DNA from: Chrysochromulina tobinii
Lineage: Eukaryota
Direction: 5' to 3'
Length of the DNA stretch: 64,000 nt
Assembly (NCBI GenBank): GCA_001275005.1
Contig: JWZX01003318.1
Location: 1 to 64,000, forward strand
Part shown: in pieces, positions 46,675 through 57,730 of the stretch
Numbering within the stretch: position 1 is the stretch's first letter
Layout: each line of letters begins with the position of its first letter
Position numbers and translations under genes: made by a program
The notes under the pieces: generated by a model
Databases searched by the model: none
What the model saw: the letters and a program-made list of their open reading frames with translations, nothing else
What the model was told of the DNA's origin: nothing

Positions 46675-47791
46675 CTACTGTGAATAAAACCTATACTTAC
46701 AGTTATGGAAGCACATGCGTCCCGCGAGGGCGCCCGCCTCACTGCCGGCGCGGTAGACCCGGAACGCCTTGTCCAGTCCAACGCTGATATGCTGCGTTGC
46801 GAAGTCAGCCGCGTTCTGCTTCAGGAAATCGGCCAGTAGCCCAAACGCACCATTGTCGAGCGGCGAGAGGTGGTAGCAGTACGGCGGGATGAAGCGCACC
46901 TTGATATGCGTGCCGAGGTGGAAGACGTAGTCTGCATCCTTGTGGATGCTCGCATTGTCCATGATCAAGACCTTGAAGTGCGAGGCAAGGGACTGACCGT
47001 CCGCCTGAAGGGTATGGATGAGCATCGCGTCGAGTGACGCCTGCACGGACGAGCAGTACGAGCAGAGGTGTGAGAAGCGGCACGAGAAGTCACAAGAGGT
47101 GGAACAAGGGTGCGTTCGTCTCGCGTACCTGAAACGAATCAGCCTTAAACGTCCCGTCATTGAAACGCCAGTCCTCAAAACCGCGGTGGGAGACGATCGT
47201 GAGCGCGGAGACGCGCCCCCCGCGTGTCCTGAACTCGTCGCGGACTGTGGGTGCCCGACCACGCAGGCCCCAGCCGATCGTGCTACGGTAGGCTCGCCGA
47301 TCCTTGGCCGTCTCGTCGAGTGCCAAGATCTCGTCGGCCGAGAAGAAGGTCACCATCTCCGAGAGCCAGGCGCGCGCTCGATCCTCATCTCGCATAAGAG
47401 CGAGGTGCTGTATGCGCTGGCGGCACAAGTTGTGCGCGTGCAGCACGCGGCATAGCGTGCGCAAGCTCACTACCTCGCCCGAGGCGAGGTAGATAAGGGC
47501 GTGTTGTTTGCCGAGTGTTGTCGTCGGGGAGTCGAGTACACGGTTCACGAGATCGAACTCCTCATCCTTGGTGAGTGCCCTCGGGCGGCCCTGAGCTCCG
47601 CTCTTCGGCGGGAAGACGTCGCCGGTCTTCTTGAAGGTCGATAACCAGCGCTTCTGGCTCGTGTCTGAGACGTGCAGGTGCTCAGTGACCTCCCGGGCCG
47701 TCAGCCCCAGAGTAGTGCGCTTGAAAACAGCGAGCCACCGGATCGCTGCGACGCGCTTGCAGCGTGAGTCGTCGGGGAGAGAGAGAGACAT
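46675..47791 (-). CDS. IS630/Tc1-like transposase, 342 aa, DD33D triad, one intron
   Basis: HTH region, GRPR linker, LALDET, LIMDNASIH, FIPPYCYHLSPLD. Exons 47791-47129 and 47040-46675 join in frame across an 88-nt GT-AG intron. Confidence 0.92.
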
Positions 47792-47827
47792 GAGAGCAGA
47801 GCGAGACGAGGAGCGCGTGACGATTTC

Positions 47828-47882
47828 GCGGACCCCACCCCACCCCACCCCACCAGGGGGTCAGGACTTATGACAAACACTG
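47828..47882 (-). repeat. Right TIR
   Basis: Reverse complement of the left TIR, followed by TA. Confidence 0.97.
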
Positions 47883-48034
47883 TACCCCGCCGCGGCAGAC
47901 TTGAAATCTCAAGCCTGTGAAGTTTGGTTTGACGTCCACACAAGTCTGATTACACGTGTCCTCATGTTGCCTCATGGAGCGAGATTCTTTCCATATTAGT
48001 CATAGTTCCATATGAATATGTGGTTTTTTCCTCA

Positions 48035-51000
48035 ATGGCGATTGCTGACGAAGCACCGCTGGCCTATGCTGCGCAGCTAGCAGAAGACGCCGCTGCGAAT
48101 GCGAAGGCGGCGGTCAGCATGCAGGCGGAGGACGCGCCGCGTTAGCATGCAGGCACGCCTCAGTACGTGCTGGGCCAGCTCATTAAACAGGGTATAGACG
48201 CAGTGCCACATCCACGCTTGCAACTGGCGATGGTGCAAGCGTTCACTGAGATGCAGCAGGGCTCGAGCCCTGGCTTCCAGCTGCTGAGAGGTGACACCGG
48301 GCGTTGAGCGATCTCCCGCCTTTTTGCTCTGCGGCCTGCACTGCCGCTAGTCTCGCGCTGCTGCCACCACTTGGCCGTCTCGTTGCTCCGTCCCCCATCT
48401 GTTCGTTGCTCATCGTCCCCCCTCTGTCTGTGCATCCGCCAGGCTCGGTGTATGAGCCTCTTGCTGAGCTGCTAGTGCAGGGTGACGCCATCCTGCTTCC
48501 CGGGCATGCGTGGTCGGAGCAGCTGCTTCCGTTGTTGATGGACGTGGCGGCCAGCAGCAGCTGCGGCGATGAGCTCCCGATGGTCGAGACCGATGGTGAG
48601 CTCCAGAGCTTCCCGAACACTGTTGCAGGCAGCAGCAACGCCGTGCGTCGCCGCGCGTCGCCGTCGCTGGCGATGCCGCTCGGCTCGCTTAATGCCCACC
48701 CACGCTGACGCATGGTTGGTTCGGCTCCCGTCGGCGAACTTGCCGCAGTGCTGCTCGAAGAGATGATGCAAGAGATGCTGCCCGCCAATCTGCACCAAAC
48801 CCTTGAGGCACTGCACGCGTACGGCGAGTCGCCGCTGCCGGTCGCCAGCGTGGGTCGGGTGCTCGTGCAGCTCGCACACCTCGACGGGCCGCTCAAGCTC
48901 ACAGCGCAGCCGACGCCGTGCGACCCGCAGACCTTTTCGCAGCACCTGCTGGCGCTCACGTCACAGCTCAACATGCTACACGATCAGCAGAACCGTGCGT
49001 ACCTGCACTCGCCTCACTTTAAGCGCTCCAAGTTCGAGCTCTTTGCGCTGCAGCACATGCAATTGCTCACATGGCTGCAGCGCGTGCACACAGCGCTAAT
49101 GCACTCGGTGGGCCTGCAGGGCCCTGATCTGCTGCAGTACATGGTGAAGCTGGGCTTCGCCGCACGCGTGCTCGTCTTCCAGCCGACGCTCCTGCACACG
49201 CTCCACGTAGTGCAGACGTGCATGTCGCTGCCATCCGAGCCGGTGCCCGGCTCGATGCGTGAGGCGATGCCCCACCCCGCTGACAGCGCCACCGATTTCG
49301 ACCGCGTCGAGTGGCTGCAGCTGAACCTGCTGCTCCAGTTCCAGTCGATCTACAAGAAGGCGCTCTGCCAGCCCGACATCTACCAACACCCGCAGGCCTT
49401 TTCGCAGGGTGAGGTGAAACTCGTGCAGGGCTTCCTGCGCCTCGAGGAGATCTACACGCACTTGATCAACCGTTTCCCACAGTGCTGCCACCTCTCCGCT
49501 CAAGAGCAGGCGGTGCTCTCAAATCTGTGCCAGCAGCTCAACAAGTACTTCACCGATGGCCATCGAATCCGGCAGCTGATCGAACAACAGTCGATGATGC
49601 CGCAGTCGATGGGCAAGCATGCGGTGGCGCAATTGGTGAAGCTCAGCAGCTCCTCATCGCAGTTCGCAGTCCGGGACTGGATCCTGCCCTTCATGGTCAC
49701 CTTCTGCGAGTTGCTCAAGATCATCTGGCAATTGTGGACCAACCTGCTGCGGAAGCAGCATGCATTAGATGCGCAGCGGCGTTCGATCGAAATGCTCGCG
49801 CGTCTCGCCGGCTCAGCCATCGTCAAGCAGCTTACCGACCAGGCACATCGCCTTGCGCACACGGCGCCGTCCATGCCGGTCGGCCCCGACCGCTCGCGCG
49901 TTTTCGACCTCGAGGACGACCCACTTACCTTGCCGACGGAAGCGGAGTTGGTGGCAGAAGAAAAGCTCGAGGAGGAGGACGTGTAGGTGGAGCGCGCGGT
50001 GGAGGCGGCGGCCACGGCGAAGCATGCAAAGGCCGACGCTGCGTCCACGGCCTCACCGGCGCCGGCGCCAGCCGAGGTGCGTGCGGCCGAATCGACATCG
50101 ACCGACCTACACGTCCCTGCAGAAGAGTGGCGAAAGTTCCTCACCGGTTCCAAGTTTGGAAAGCTGATCAAGGTGCTGACGTCCAAAGGGCTCTCGCGTA
50201 AGGATCTCGTCATCTCGAAGGCCAAGATTGCCTCCCTCATCGGCTTCTCAGGGAACACCAAGCGTAAGATCGTCGAGCAAACCGGCTGCGAGATCTTCGT
50301 GTTGGATCAAGAGGGCGTGCCTCCAGGACGGATCACCTCCCGGGTGGAAGTGCGCGGGCTCGTGCTTGTCGGCACCGCGGCGCAGGTCGAGGAAGCGCGC
50401 GCCAAGCTTCTTCCGTACGGCCCGATCGGCGATGTCATCTTGAGCGAAAAGGCCAAGGCGGGGACATCGGCACACACGCACGGTGCCGCTAAGGAGGTCA
50501 GGGCGGACACGGCAGCGGCTGCCCAGGCGGAGTCACGCGATTCGGACTCCGCTCCCCAACCGCGTTCCGTCGAGGTAAGAGCCGAAGTGACTCCGAAGGA
50601 GCGCGCGGCGGCGGAGCGCGCAGCGGCGCTGGCCGTGGCAGAAGAGAAGCTCGAGGAGGAGGACGTGGAGGCGACCGCTGCAGCAGGGGCAGCCGCATCA
50701 GAGGCGGTAGCCGAGGAGACGGCCGCGGCGGCCGCGGCTGCGGCGGCTGAGCAGGCGGCGGCTGAGCAGGTGGTGAAGGTGGCCGAGGATGCGGCGGCAC
50801 GGGCAGCAGCGCACGAGGCCGCCGAGGCGGAGGCAGCGCGGGTAGCCAGGGCGCAGGCGGAGGCTAAGGATGCAGAGGCAGAGGCTCAGCGCTTGGCGGT
50901 GCAGAGGGCGGAGGCGGAGAGGGCTGAGGCGGAGAGGGCTGAGGCGGAGAGGGTGTTTGCGGAGAGGGCTGAGGTAGAAAGAGGGCTGGCAGTGGAGAGG

Positions 51001-51478
51001 GTGGAGGCGAGGGTCGAGGCGGAGAGGGCGGAGGTGGAGCGCGCGGCGGCGGAGCGGGCAGCGGCGCTGGCCGTGGCAGAGAGCGCTGGCCGCGGCGGGC
51101 GGGGGGGGCGAGGGGGGCGTGGAGGGCGCGGTGGGCGCGGCCCGACTACTGTGCATCCGCCCCCCCCCGTCCCCTGCGCCGCCAAGGGCCCCAGCACCGG
51201 CTGCAGCTTCAATGCCACCGGCTGCAGCTTCAATGCCAGCGGAGAGGCATCTGACGCTCGCCGACGTGGGCAACATCACCGGCCGTGTGCACGACGAGGT
51301 GCCCGAATCGACCATCGGTGGCCAGACCACGTGCATTGTGTGCATGGTGGGGCCCAAGTCGCACCTTGCGGTGCCGTGCGGCCATCAGCTCGCGTGCGAG
51401 CGCTGCGCGGCCGACATGAAGATTTGCCCGTACTGTCGCACGCCCGTCCAGCTTTGGGTGATGGCACGGGTGGTGTGA
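48035..51478 (+). pseudogene. Decayed large gene: helical region + KH domain + A/E-rich coil + C-terminal C3HC4 RING
   Basis: In-frame stops at 48143 (TAG), 48706 (TGA) and 49984 (TAG; the duplicate segment at ~50640-50670 has GAG). Frameshifts at ~48300 and ~51165. KH IASLIGFSGNTKRKIVEQTGCEI. RING CIVC...PCGHQLACERC...CPYCR. Confidence 0.62.
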
Positions 51479-51671
51479 CCAAGAACCTTGGGGCGAAACA
51501 TGGGCCGGGCGGGCAGAGGAAGTCGAGTGGAGAGTACGCTGTACGGTAGACTTTTTAAGTGACTACGTTAAGTGCACCGCAGAGTGCACACACACCCGGG
51601 GGCCTAACGCCAACCGCCCGCACTCCACATGAAAGCCCCATGGCCGACGATCTTGGATCTATTTAACTATT

Positions 51672-54069
51672 TTACTTCGTGGCCGCACCAGCGTACCGCT
51701 CATTGTTGAGCAACAAATTGTACAGTGCGAGTGCCCAAAAATCTGTAGGCCCTGGGTAGCAATAGTGGAGGCAATCAATCGGGAAGCCCGTCTTCGTGGG
51801 CCCACTGAACTCGCCCGTCGTGGGCGAGTAGCGCATCGAGCTGGCCACGTGTCCATCGGCGCGCGCGTCCATGAAGGACACGTTGAGGAATGCAAAGCGC
51901 TGCCCGAGTGTCCCGGTCGCGTGCGCAGCGGCGGCCCACTCGTGCTCGAAGAGCGGCGGGCCTCGCCAGTGGTACTTGTCCTTGAACATGTCGGCATGGC
52001 GCACATGTCCTTCGCTGCCCTTGGCGACTTGCCAGCCCCAAATGTCGCGCCCGTGGCTCGTCAACTGCTCCCACGCCTCCTTGCGGCTGCGCAGCGGTCG
52101 GCTCGCGTTCTCGCACGCGTAGTGGCCGATGTTGGTGGTGCGGAATACAAGCTGAGCGCTCGGTTTGAGCACGCGCTCTAGGTGGATCGCCCCCTCCATC
52201 GCAAGGCGTGCGTACTTGGCGAAGGTCTTATCGACTGTGTGGTAGTGGTGCCCCACATTGAGCACCACCACGTCTGCCTCGGCGACGAGACGCTGCCAAA
52301 AGGGTGGCGTGGCGCTCTCGAGAGCTGAGAACTCCTCGACAAGCGCTCCATGTCGCAGTGCCTTGACCAGCCTGCCGCCGCCGCGGAGGGTTGCAATCGA
52401 GAGCCACCCTCCCTCATTGCCCACGCTGGAGGAGCACCGGTCCATTCGACGCTCGACCGGGCCGCCGCCGCCGCCGCCGCCGCCGCTGCCGCTGCTGCTG
52501 CCGCTGCTACTGCCACTGCCGGCGCCGACGCCCTGCGCTATGTCCTCGGGCGCAAGGCCGACCACGTCCTTGTGCTCGACAACGACCTCTCCGAGCAGCC
52601 AGAGGAGCGAGTAGTACGCCTGCGCCTGCAAGGAGCACCCGAGGAGAACGAGGAGGGGAAGGTCATCAGGCGTCATCAAGGTCAATCGGGGGCTCTGATC
52701 CGGGGGCCATTCGCGGCCCATTAGTGGCAATCAGGCGTCATCAAGGTCAGTCGGGGGCTCTGATCCGGGGGCCATTCGCGGCCCAATAGTGGCAATCAGG
52801 CGTCATCAAGGTCAATCGGGGGCTCTGATCCGGGGGCCATTCGCGGCCCAATAGTGGCAATCAGGCGTCATCAAGGTCAATCAGGGGCTCTGATCCGGGG
52901 GCCATTCGCGGCCCATTAGTGGCAATCAGGCGTCATCAAGGTCAATCGGGGGCTCTGATCCGGGGGCCATTCGCGGCCCATTAGTGGCACTCAACCTGCA
53001 ACGAGTCCCCGAGAAGAAGGAGAGTGCGTGTGCCAAGCCAACGATCAAAGGCGGCGCCATCGATGGGCGCGAACGCGCAGCTCTTGGGGCGCCAGCTCCA
53101 GCTGAGCGCCTGCAGGGCGCGCAGACGCTCCGTGGCCGACTGGCGGTAGCACACGCGGTAGTCGTACCAGCCTCTCACCTCGGGCAAAACTCGACCGTAG
53201 GCGAAGTGGTCAGGGCGATGGATCGCACGTGGGTCGCACGTCTGCAGCCAGCGGCCTTCGAGGTGGTCGCCGTCCATGCGGCAGCGTGGGCGTGCTCGAT
53301 GGCCCGCATGCCCCACCTCCGACGTCATGTACTCGCACAGATGCTCGGACCCTCGAAACGGACCCGCCTTAGACACGGCGCCGCCTTGACGAACGCCCTG
53401 CAGCCAGCTGCTGCGCACCGGTTCGACCTCCCCTTGACCGTATGAGGGCGGCCGGTCACCCACGACTAGTGGCCGCGCCGCTGCGATCCACACCTCATCG
53501 AGGAGGAGCTCGAGATGGGCGCAAGGGTTGGGCGTCGTCCTGGGCACGAAGACCACCTCGCCGAAGCCGTCCGAGATACCAAGCAGCGTCGCCAGGGGCA
53601 TGTGCGCCTGCCGCCACTTGTGGCCGGCGCGTGTACTGGTGCCCGTCGTGCTCGTTCCGCACAGGGGCACGAAGCTCGTGTCCTCGCGACGGATGCCATG
53701 ACCGCGCACGCCGACACACACAGCGGCCAGGCAGGTGCCCCTGGTAGCTCGCTGCTGCTGTTCGCAGGCACGCGCACTCGCAAATGAAAAAGCCAACGAC
53801 AGTACGAGTGCACTCGCATTGGGCGTGGCGATCGCCTCGTCGGATTGCAGAACGAGCTCTTGCGCAGACTCATTGAAGGAAGCTCGCAGTGCTTGCCCAC
53901 ATGGCACAGCTTCGCCATTTGCGAGCCGGGTATGTTCCTCGTTTGCGTCGAGAACTAGCGTCGCTCCGCCACGTGTAGTCGACCTCCAACGGTTATGGAG
54001 CGTGTCGTCAAAAATCTGAAGCAGCGCGATGCCGACTCCGTGATGTTTGGCTGCGCCAAGAGTCGGCAT
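51672..54069 (-). CDS. Trichome-birefringence-like (PC-esterase/SGNH) O-acyltransferase
   Basis: WSWRPKSC, LLLLGDSLQ (GDS), VVVLNVGHH, VFRTT, RADGH, DCLHYCYPG (DxxH). Intron 52995-52626. Start uncertain. Confidence 0.85.
52665..52989. repeat. Intronic minisatellite, 65-bp unit x5
   Basis: TCAGGCGTCATCAAG at 52666, 52731, 52796, 52861 and 52926; units nearly identical. Confidence 0.97.
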
Positions 54070-54388
54070 CGGCGACTATCCACAACGCTGTGCCTCATGG
54101 CGAGATTTGTTTGTCGTGATTTGAGAGCGTGATTCGCATGCAAATGGGGGAGAGGGGGGAAGGGGGGATGAGGGGTTATGAGGGGTAAGTGCGGGATTGA
54201 CGCCATTGCCACGCCACCCGACCCTCACCGACACACGGTCAGTCGACTAATCGCAAACAAGGTGGGAGCCTCGGAGATCATCACGCGCACCGTCGAGGAC
54301 CTCAAGGAAGTACCGCAAGATGGTCATGGAGATGATTGAGAAGGTCATCAGCAAGCAGACCACTATCACATTATGTGAAAGCAGACCA

Positions 54389-56257
54389 TTATAGCTCCGA
54401 CGGTGGACCACACATACAAAAAGAACAAGAGAGCGAGACGAGCGGACCCAGAGCTATACACGTACACCGCAGCGTCCACATCAAAAAAGACATTGACGTC
54501 TTTTCGCTCAAAAAATTGTTGGTCATCTTGGTAGCGTTGGTAATGGACTCGTAGTTCATACAGCCAGCTTGCTCTGCAATGCGAGGCTTAAGTAACACGT
54601 CGATGATTAGCTTGTCGAGGTCGCCGACTTCTTTTGGTATTTGTAGATCAGTTTCACTCTTGAAAATCTTAGTCGTGTGTGCCACCCTGCGCCGTTCTAC
54701 TTGAGCTGCAACCAGGCGGTCAAATTCTGTTTCCGCGTGCCTTCCCTCGTTAACTGCACTAGACATGGGGTCCGATAGCTGTGTACTCACGCACGCGCGC
54801 TCGCACTCGGTCACACTCATCTCTCATCCTCATCTCGCACTCGGTCACACTCATCTCGCACCGGGCCCACCCCAAGGGCATGCCTCTTCAGAACCGCGAG
54901 CGCCTCACTGCATGGCCCGTCCGAGCACTCCCCAAGGCAGGACTCCTCAGAGGCCTCCTGATGCTTGCCCGCACTCAGCGACTCGCATGCTCATCGATGG
55001 CACTCGTATCGCCATCGAAGCCGCACTCCCATTGATACCGATCTCAGCGAGCGTTGTAGGCCGTCCGAGCGTCTGCAGATTTGAAGACGGCCCGATAGAC
55101 GACGAGGAGCTGATGGTGGGCACATTGGGGCTTCACCGTGAAGCCTGGTCGCTTTCTGGCTCAAGCGGCACGCCCAATTGGTCCAAGTGTTCACCTTCGC
55201 CGTGATCACGTAGAAATTTGGTCAGCTCCTCTGCAGAGCTGTTGTGGGGTATTTTGGCCGTAGCTTCTGCCGCCGTTGAGAGTGTTGGAAACCGAGGAGG
55301 CGCTGTAGTAAAGAGAGCCCTCCATCTGGTACACGCATGGTTCGTGGTCGTAAAGGTTGCATCACACCACATGCAGCGGTAGCTCTTCAGCTTCTGCGGC
55401 TCGATGTTCCAAGGCTGGATGTCGACCGGTGTGTGCGTCGATGCTACCTCGAGAAAAGGGGGTGTGAGCGTCATCTTCATACCATTCTTTTTCATGATGA
55501 CCTTAAAGGTCTCGGTCTCGTGCTTGTCGATCTCTTTGACCTGCGTGCGTATTTCTGGAAGCTGCCACACCGACGGGTCAAAGTCGGAGCCAGTTGCGCC
55601 CGAGATGATCTGTGTCATTTGGGGCAAAGAGGTCAGAACAATCCTGGGAGTCAGTGAGGGCACTCTCAAAATCACATCACCTCTTTGAGAGTTGGGGCGT
55701 CCGAATTCCACGACGCCGTCAGCATGTTTAGTGCGAGGCGCATAAGTCTGGCACCGGCAGCAAGTGTGAGGCGTGCGGCCATTGTCGTCGCTAGATTGCG
55801 CTGGTCGGGCGGCGGCTGCGGCAGACTTGTCTTGCTGTGCCGCCATCTCCGCCATCATCGATCCCATCGAAGAACCTTGTACCATCTTGCGCCTCGCAAG
55901 TCTTGGGGACCCGCGGCTGCTCCTCTCATGACACTTAATCCATGGTGAATAGCCATTTGCGATGGCGGCAACGACCAAGCTTCATCCACCTCTTCTCCGT
56001 CGGAGACCAGCGAAATGGGATCACCGCTCCCTCCTGGGAACGCAATGCGCGGGGCCGGCGGTGGCGGAGGCGCGGAAAGAGGGGCCCCGTCCTGGATGAA
56101 CAGTGAATGCTCGGCCGGATGGTCGTACTGTGCAAACTGCAAAGTGCTCCGGGTTCTTGCGGAAGCAGCGGGTCCCGAATTTACAACTTGGCTGACCTGG
56201 GGCACGCGTATAGGGCCATGGCAGCGGCGGCGTGACAGCCGAACCCGGCTCCGCCAT
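54389..56257 (-). pseudogene. Fragmented gene or transposon relic with PBZ zinc finger and BED-like Cys motif
   Basis: CKFGTRCFRKNPEHFA-QYDHP (PBZ consensus) is broken by a 7-nt duplication at 56131-56144. YRCMWC...ACTRW lies at ~55320-55385. Lower GC and several frame changes. Confidence 0.45.
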
Positions 56258-56352
56258 CCAGAAATGAAGAGATGCGCATCCGGAAAGAATCTAAATGTGC
56301 CGAGAGAGCTCGTTCAGATCACCGCGGACAAAAAGAATTAAATATTTATTCT

Positions 56353-56640
56353 AAGAATACCTCTCCCTACCCCTTTGGGTCAATCACTCAGACAATTGCA
56401 CTCAGAGTTCAAACAATTGAGTTCAAAATCAGGTGGTGCTGGTGGGGATAGTGTGTGAATCCAGAAAGAATACCTCTCCCTACCCCTTTGGGTCAATCAC
56501 TGAGTTCAAAATCAGGTGGTGGGGATACGGTATTAGTGTGTGCTGAATCCAGCAGAAAGAATACCTCCCGGCTCTCCCTACCGCCCGCTTCGCATGCCGC
56601 TTCGCCCCTCGAGCCTCGTTAACGCCCTTTGGGTCAAAAT
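56353..56640. repeat. Degenerate tandem repeat (~90-115 bp, 2 full + 1 partial copies)
   Basis: AAGAATACCTCTCCCTACCCCTTTGGGTCAATCACT at ~56353 and ~56466; partial copy at ~56557. Confidence 0.85.
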
Positions 56641-56810
56641 GGCGCTACACTGTGGCGGCGTCGCTTTTCGCAGCCATGATACTGAGAACGCAAGATACAT
56701 GTAGAGGTGGACACTGCGCCGCGCGGGCGGACCAACGGACGCACACATTGACATTCGCTCCATTGTGGGGTCACCTTGATCGACACGTTGTTTGTTTGCC
56801 CACATCCTCC

Positions 56811-57476
56811 TCAGTAGACAACCGGGCGCTCGGGCGGCCAGATCTCTTCGCTCTGGACCACGACATCGACGGGCGACTCGAAGATATCTAGGAACTCGGC
56901 GAGCGAGGGCAGGCCCTCGAGCTCGTGGAGCTGCGCGAGGCGCTCGTTTGACGGCATGAAGTCAGCAAAGTGCTTCTCCCAGCTCGCAACGAGCTTGGCC
57001 GCGGAGGCGGGCGACGTGCGATCGGCGGTCAACTTTTTGCCAATCTTGAGCATGGCGACGACAGTGTCGGCGATCAGCTTCGGCAAGCCATCCGCGTCAA
57101 TCTCGGCGTAATTGCTGCGCACCACGACCGCCTGTGCACTCGACCAGTGAGGAAAGTAGCGTGTGCGCACGTCCTCCTGGCACGCGAGGACGGTCGTGCT
57201 GCGAAGCAGCGAGCAGTGGCGGAGCGCCTGCAGAAACGGCGGGATGTCCGCCGCCGGGCCCTCGATGGTCTGAAACCAACCCTCGGGCAGAAGCACCAGC
57301 AGCCCTGTGACACTGTTGCCGGAAGGCAAGAGCGCCTTCTCGCACCAGCTGCTGAAGCTGGGGGCGGTCGTACCCGCCGCGAGCCGGCCCATGAGGCACA
57401 CGCGCGTCATCGTTTGAAGCCCCTTGCCTGAGCTCTCGCGCTGCTCCATCAGCACATCGAGCAGGGTCGCCGGCAT
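56811..57476 (-). CDS. BLUF-like-domain flagellar protein (TEX47/MOT7/DYBLUP-like)
   Basis: TLLDVL N-terminus, VTGLLVLLPEGWFQTIEGP, EDVRTRYFPHW, C-terminal LAEFLDIFESPVDVVVQSEEIWP. Confidence 0.68.
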   Translation of the reverse strand: MPATLLDVLMEQRESSGKGLQTMTRVCLMGRLAAGTTAPSFSSWCEKALLPSGNSVTGLLVLLPEGWFQTIEGPAADIPPFLQALRHCSLLRSTTVLACQEDVRTRYFPHWSSAQAVVVRSNYAEIDADGLPKLIADTVVAMLKIGKKLTADRTSPASAAKLVASWEKHFADFMPSNERLAQLHELEGLPSLAEFLDIFESPVDVVVQSEEIWPPERPVVY

Positions 57477-57526
57477 CTTTGCGGCTTGACCAACCCCAAC
57501 GGACCGTGCACAGACACAATCACAGC

Positions 57527-57572
57527 TGTGAACGTTAACACGACACACGCGACGACCGGAGCTACGGCACTG
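57527..57572. repeat. Dispersed intergenic element, copy 3
   Basis: TGTGAACGTTAACACGACA...ACCGGAGCTACGGCACTG, between divergent genes. Confidence 0.75.
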
Positions 57573-57730
57573 AGAAAGGGTTTCCGTAAACGACCGCCTG
57601 TTCAAAAAAAACAGCCCCACGGGTTGCTGGTTTTGGATGATCCGAAACGACATCCGAAACAAGTCTTGTCCCTCGAAAAAATCGTGTCGATCGTGGCGGT
57701 CTAGGAAAAGGGCGTCGCTGCGCTGGCGCG

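Larger units (their letters stand above)
43540..47882. mobile_element. IS630-Tc1-mariner superfamily DNA transposon, 4343 bp, two convergent genes
   Basis: TIRs at 43540-43595 and 47828-47882 are identical except for one G in a run. TA flanks both ends (43538-39, 47883-84). The transposase lies inside. Confidence 0.96.

Noticed and set aside
45725..49986. Stop-codon reassignment suggested by GAGGACGTGTAG ending two ORFs
   Set aside because: TAG ends other ORFs here (e.g. gag at 4873, the glycosyltransferase at 17078); low-complexity acidic context explains the match.
52665..52989. CRISPR-like array (also considered for 56353-56640)
   Set aside because: Contiguous units without unique spacers, no cas genes, eukaryotic intronic or intergenic context.
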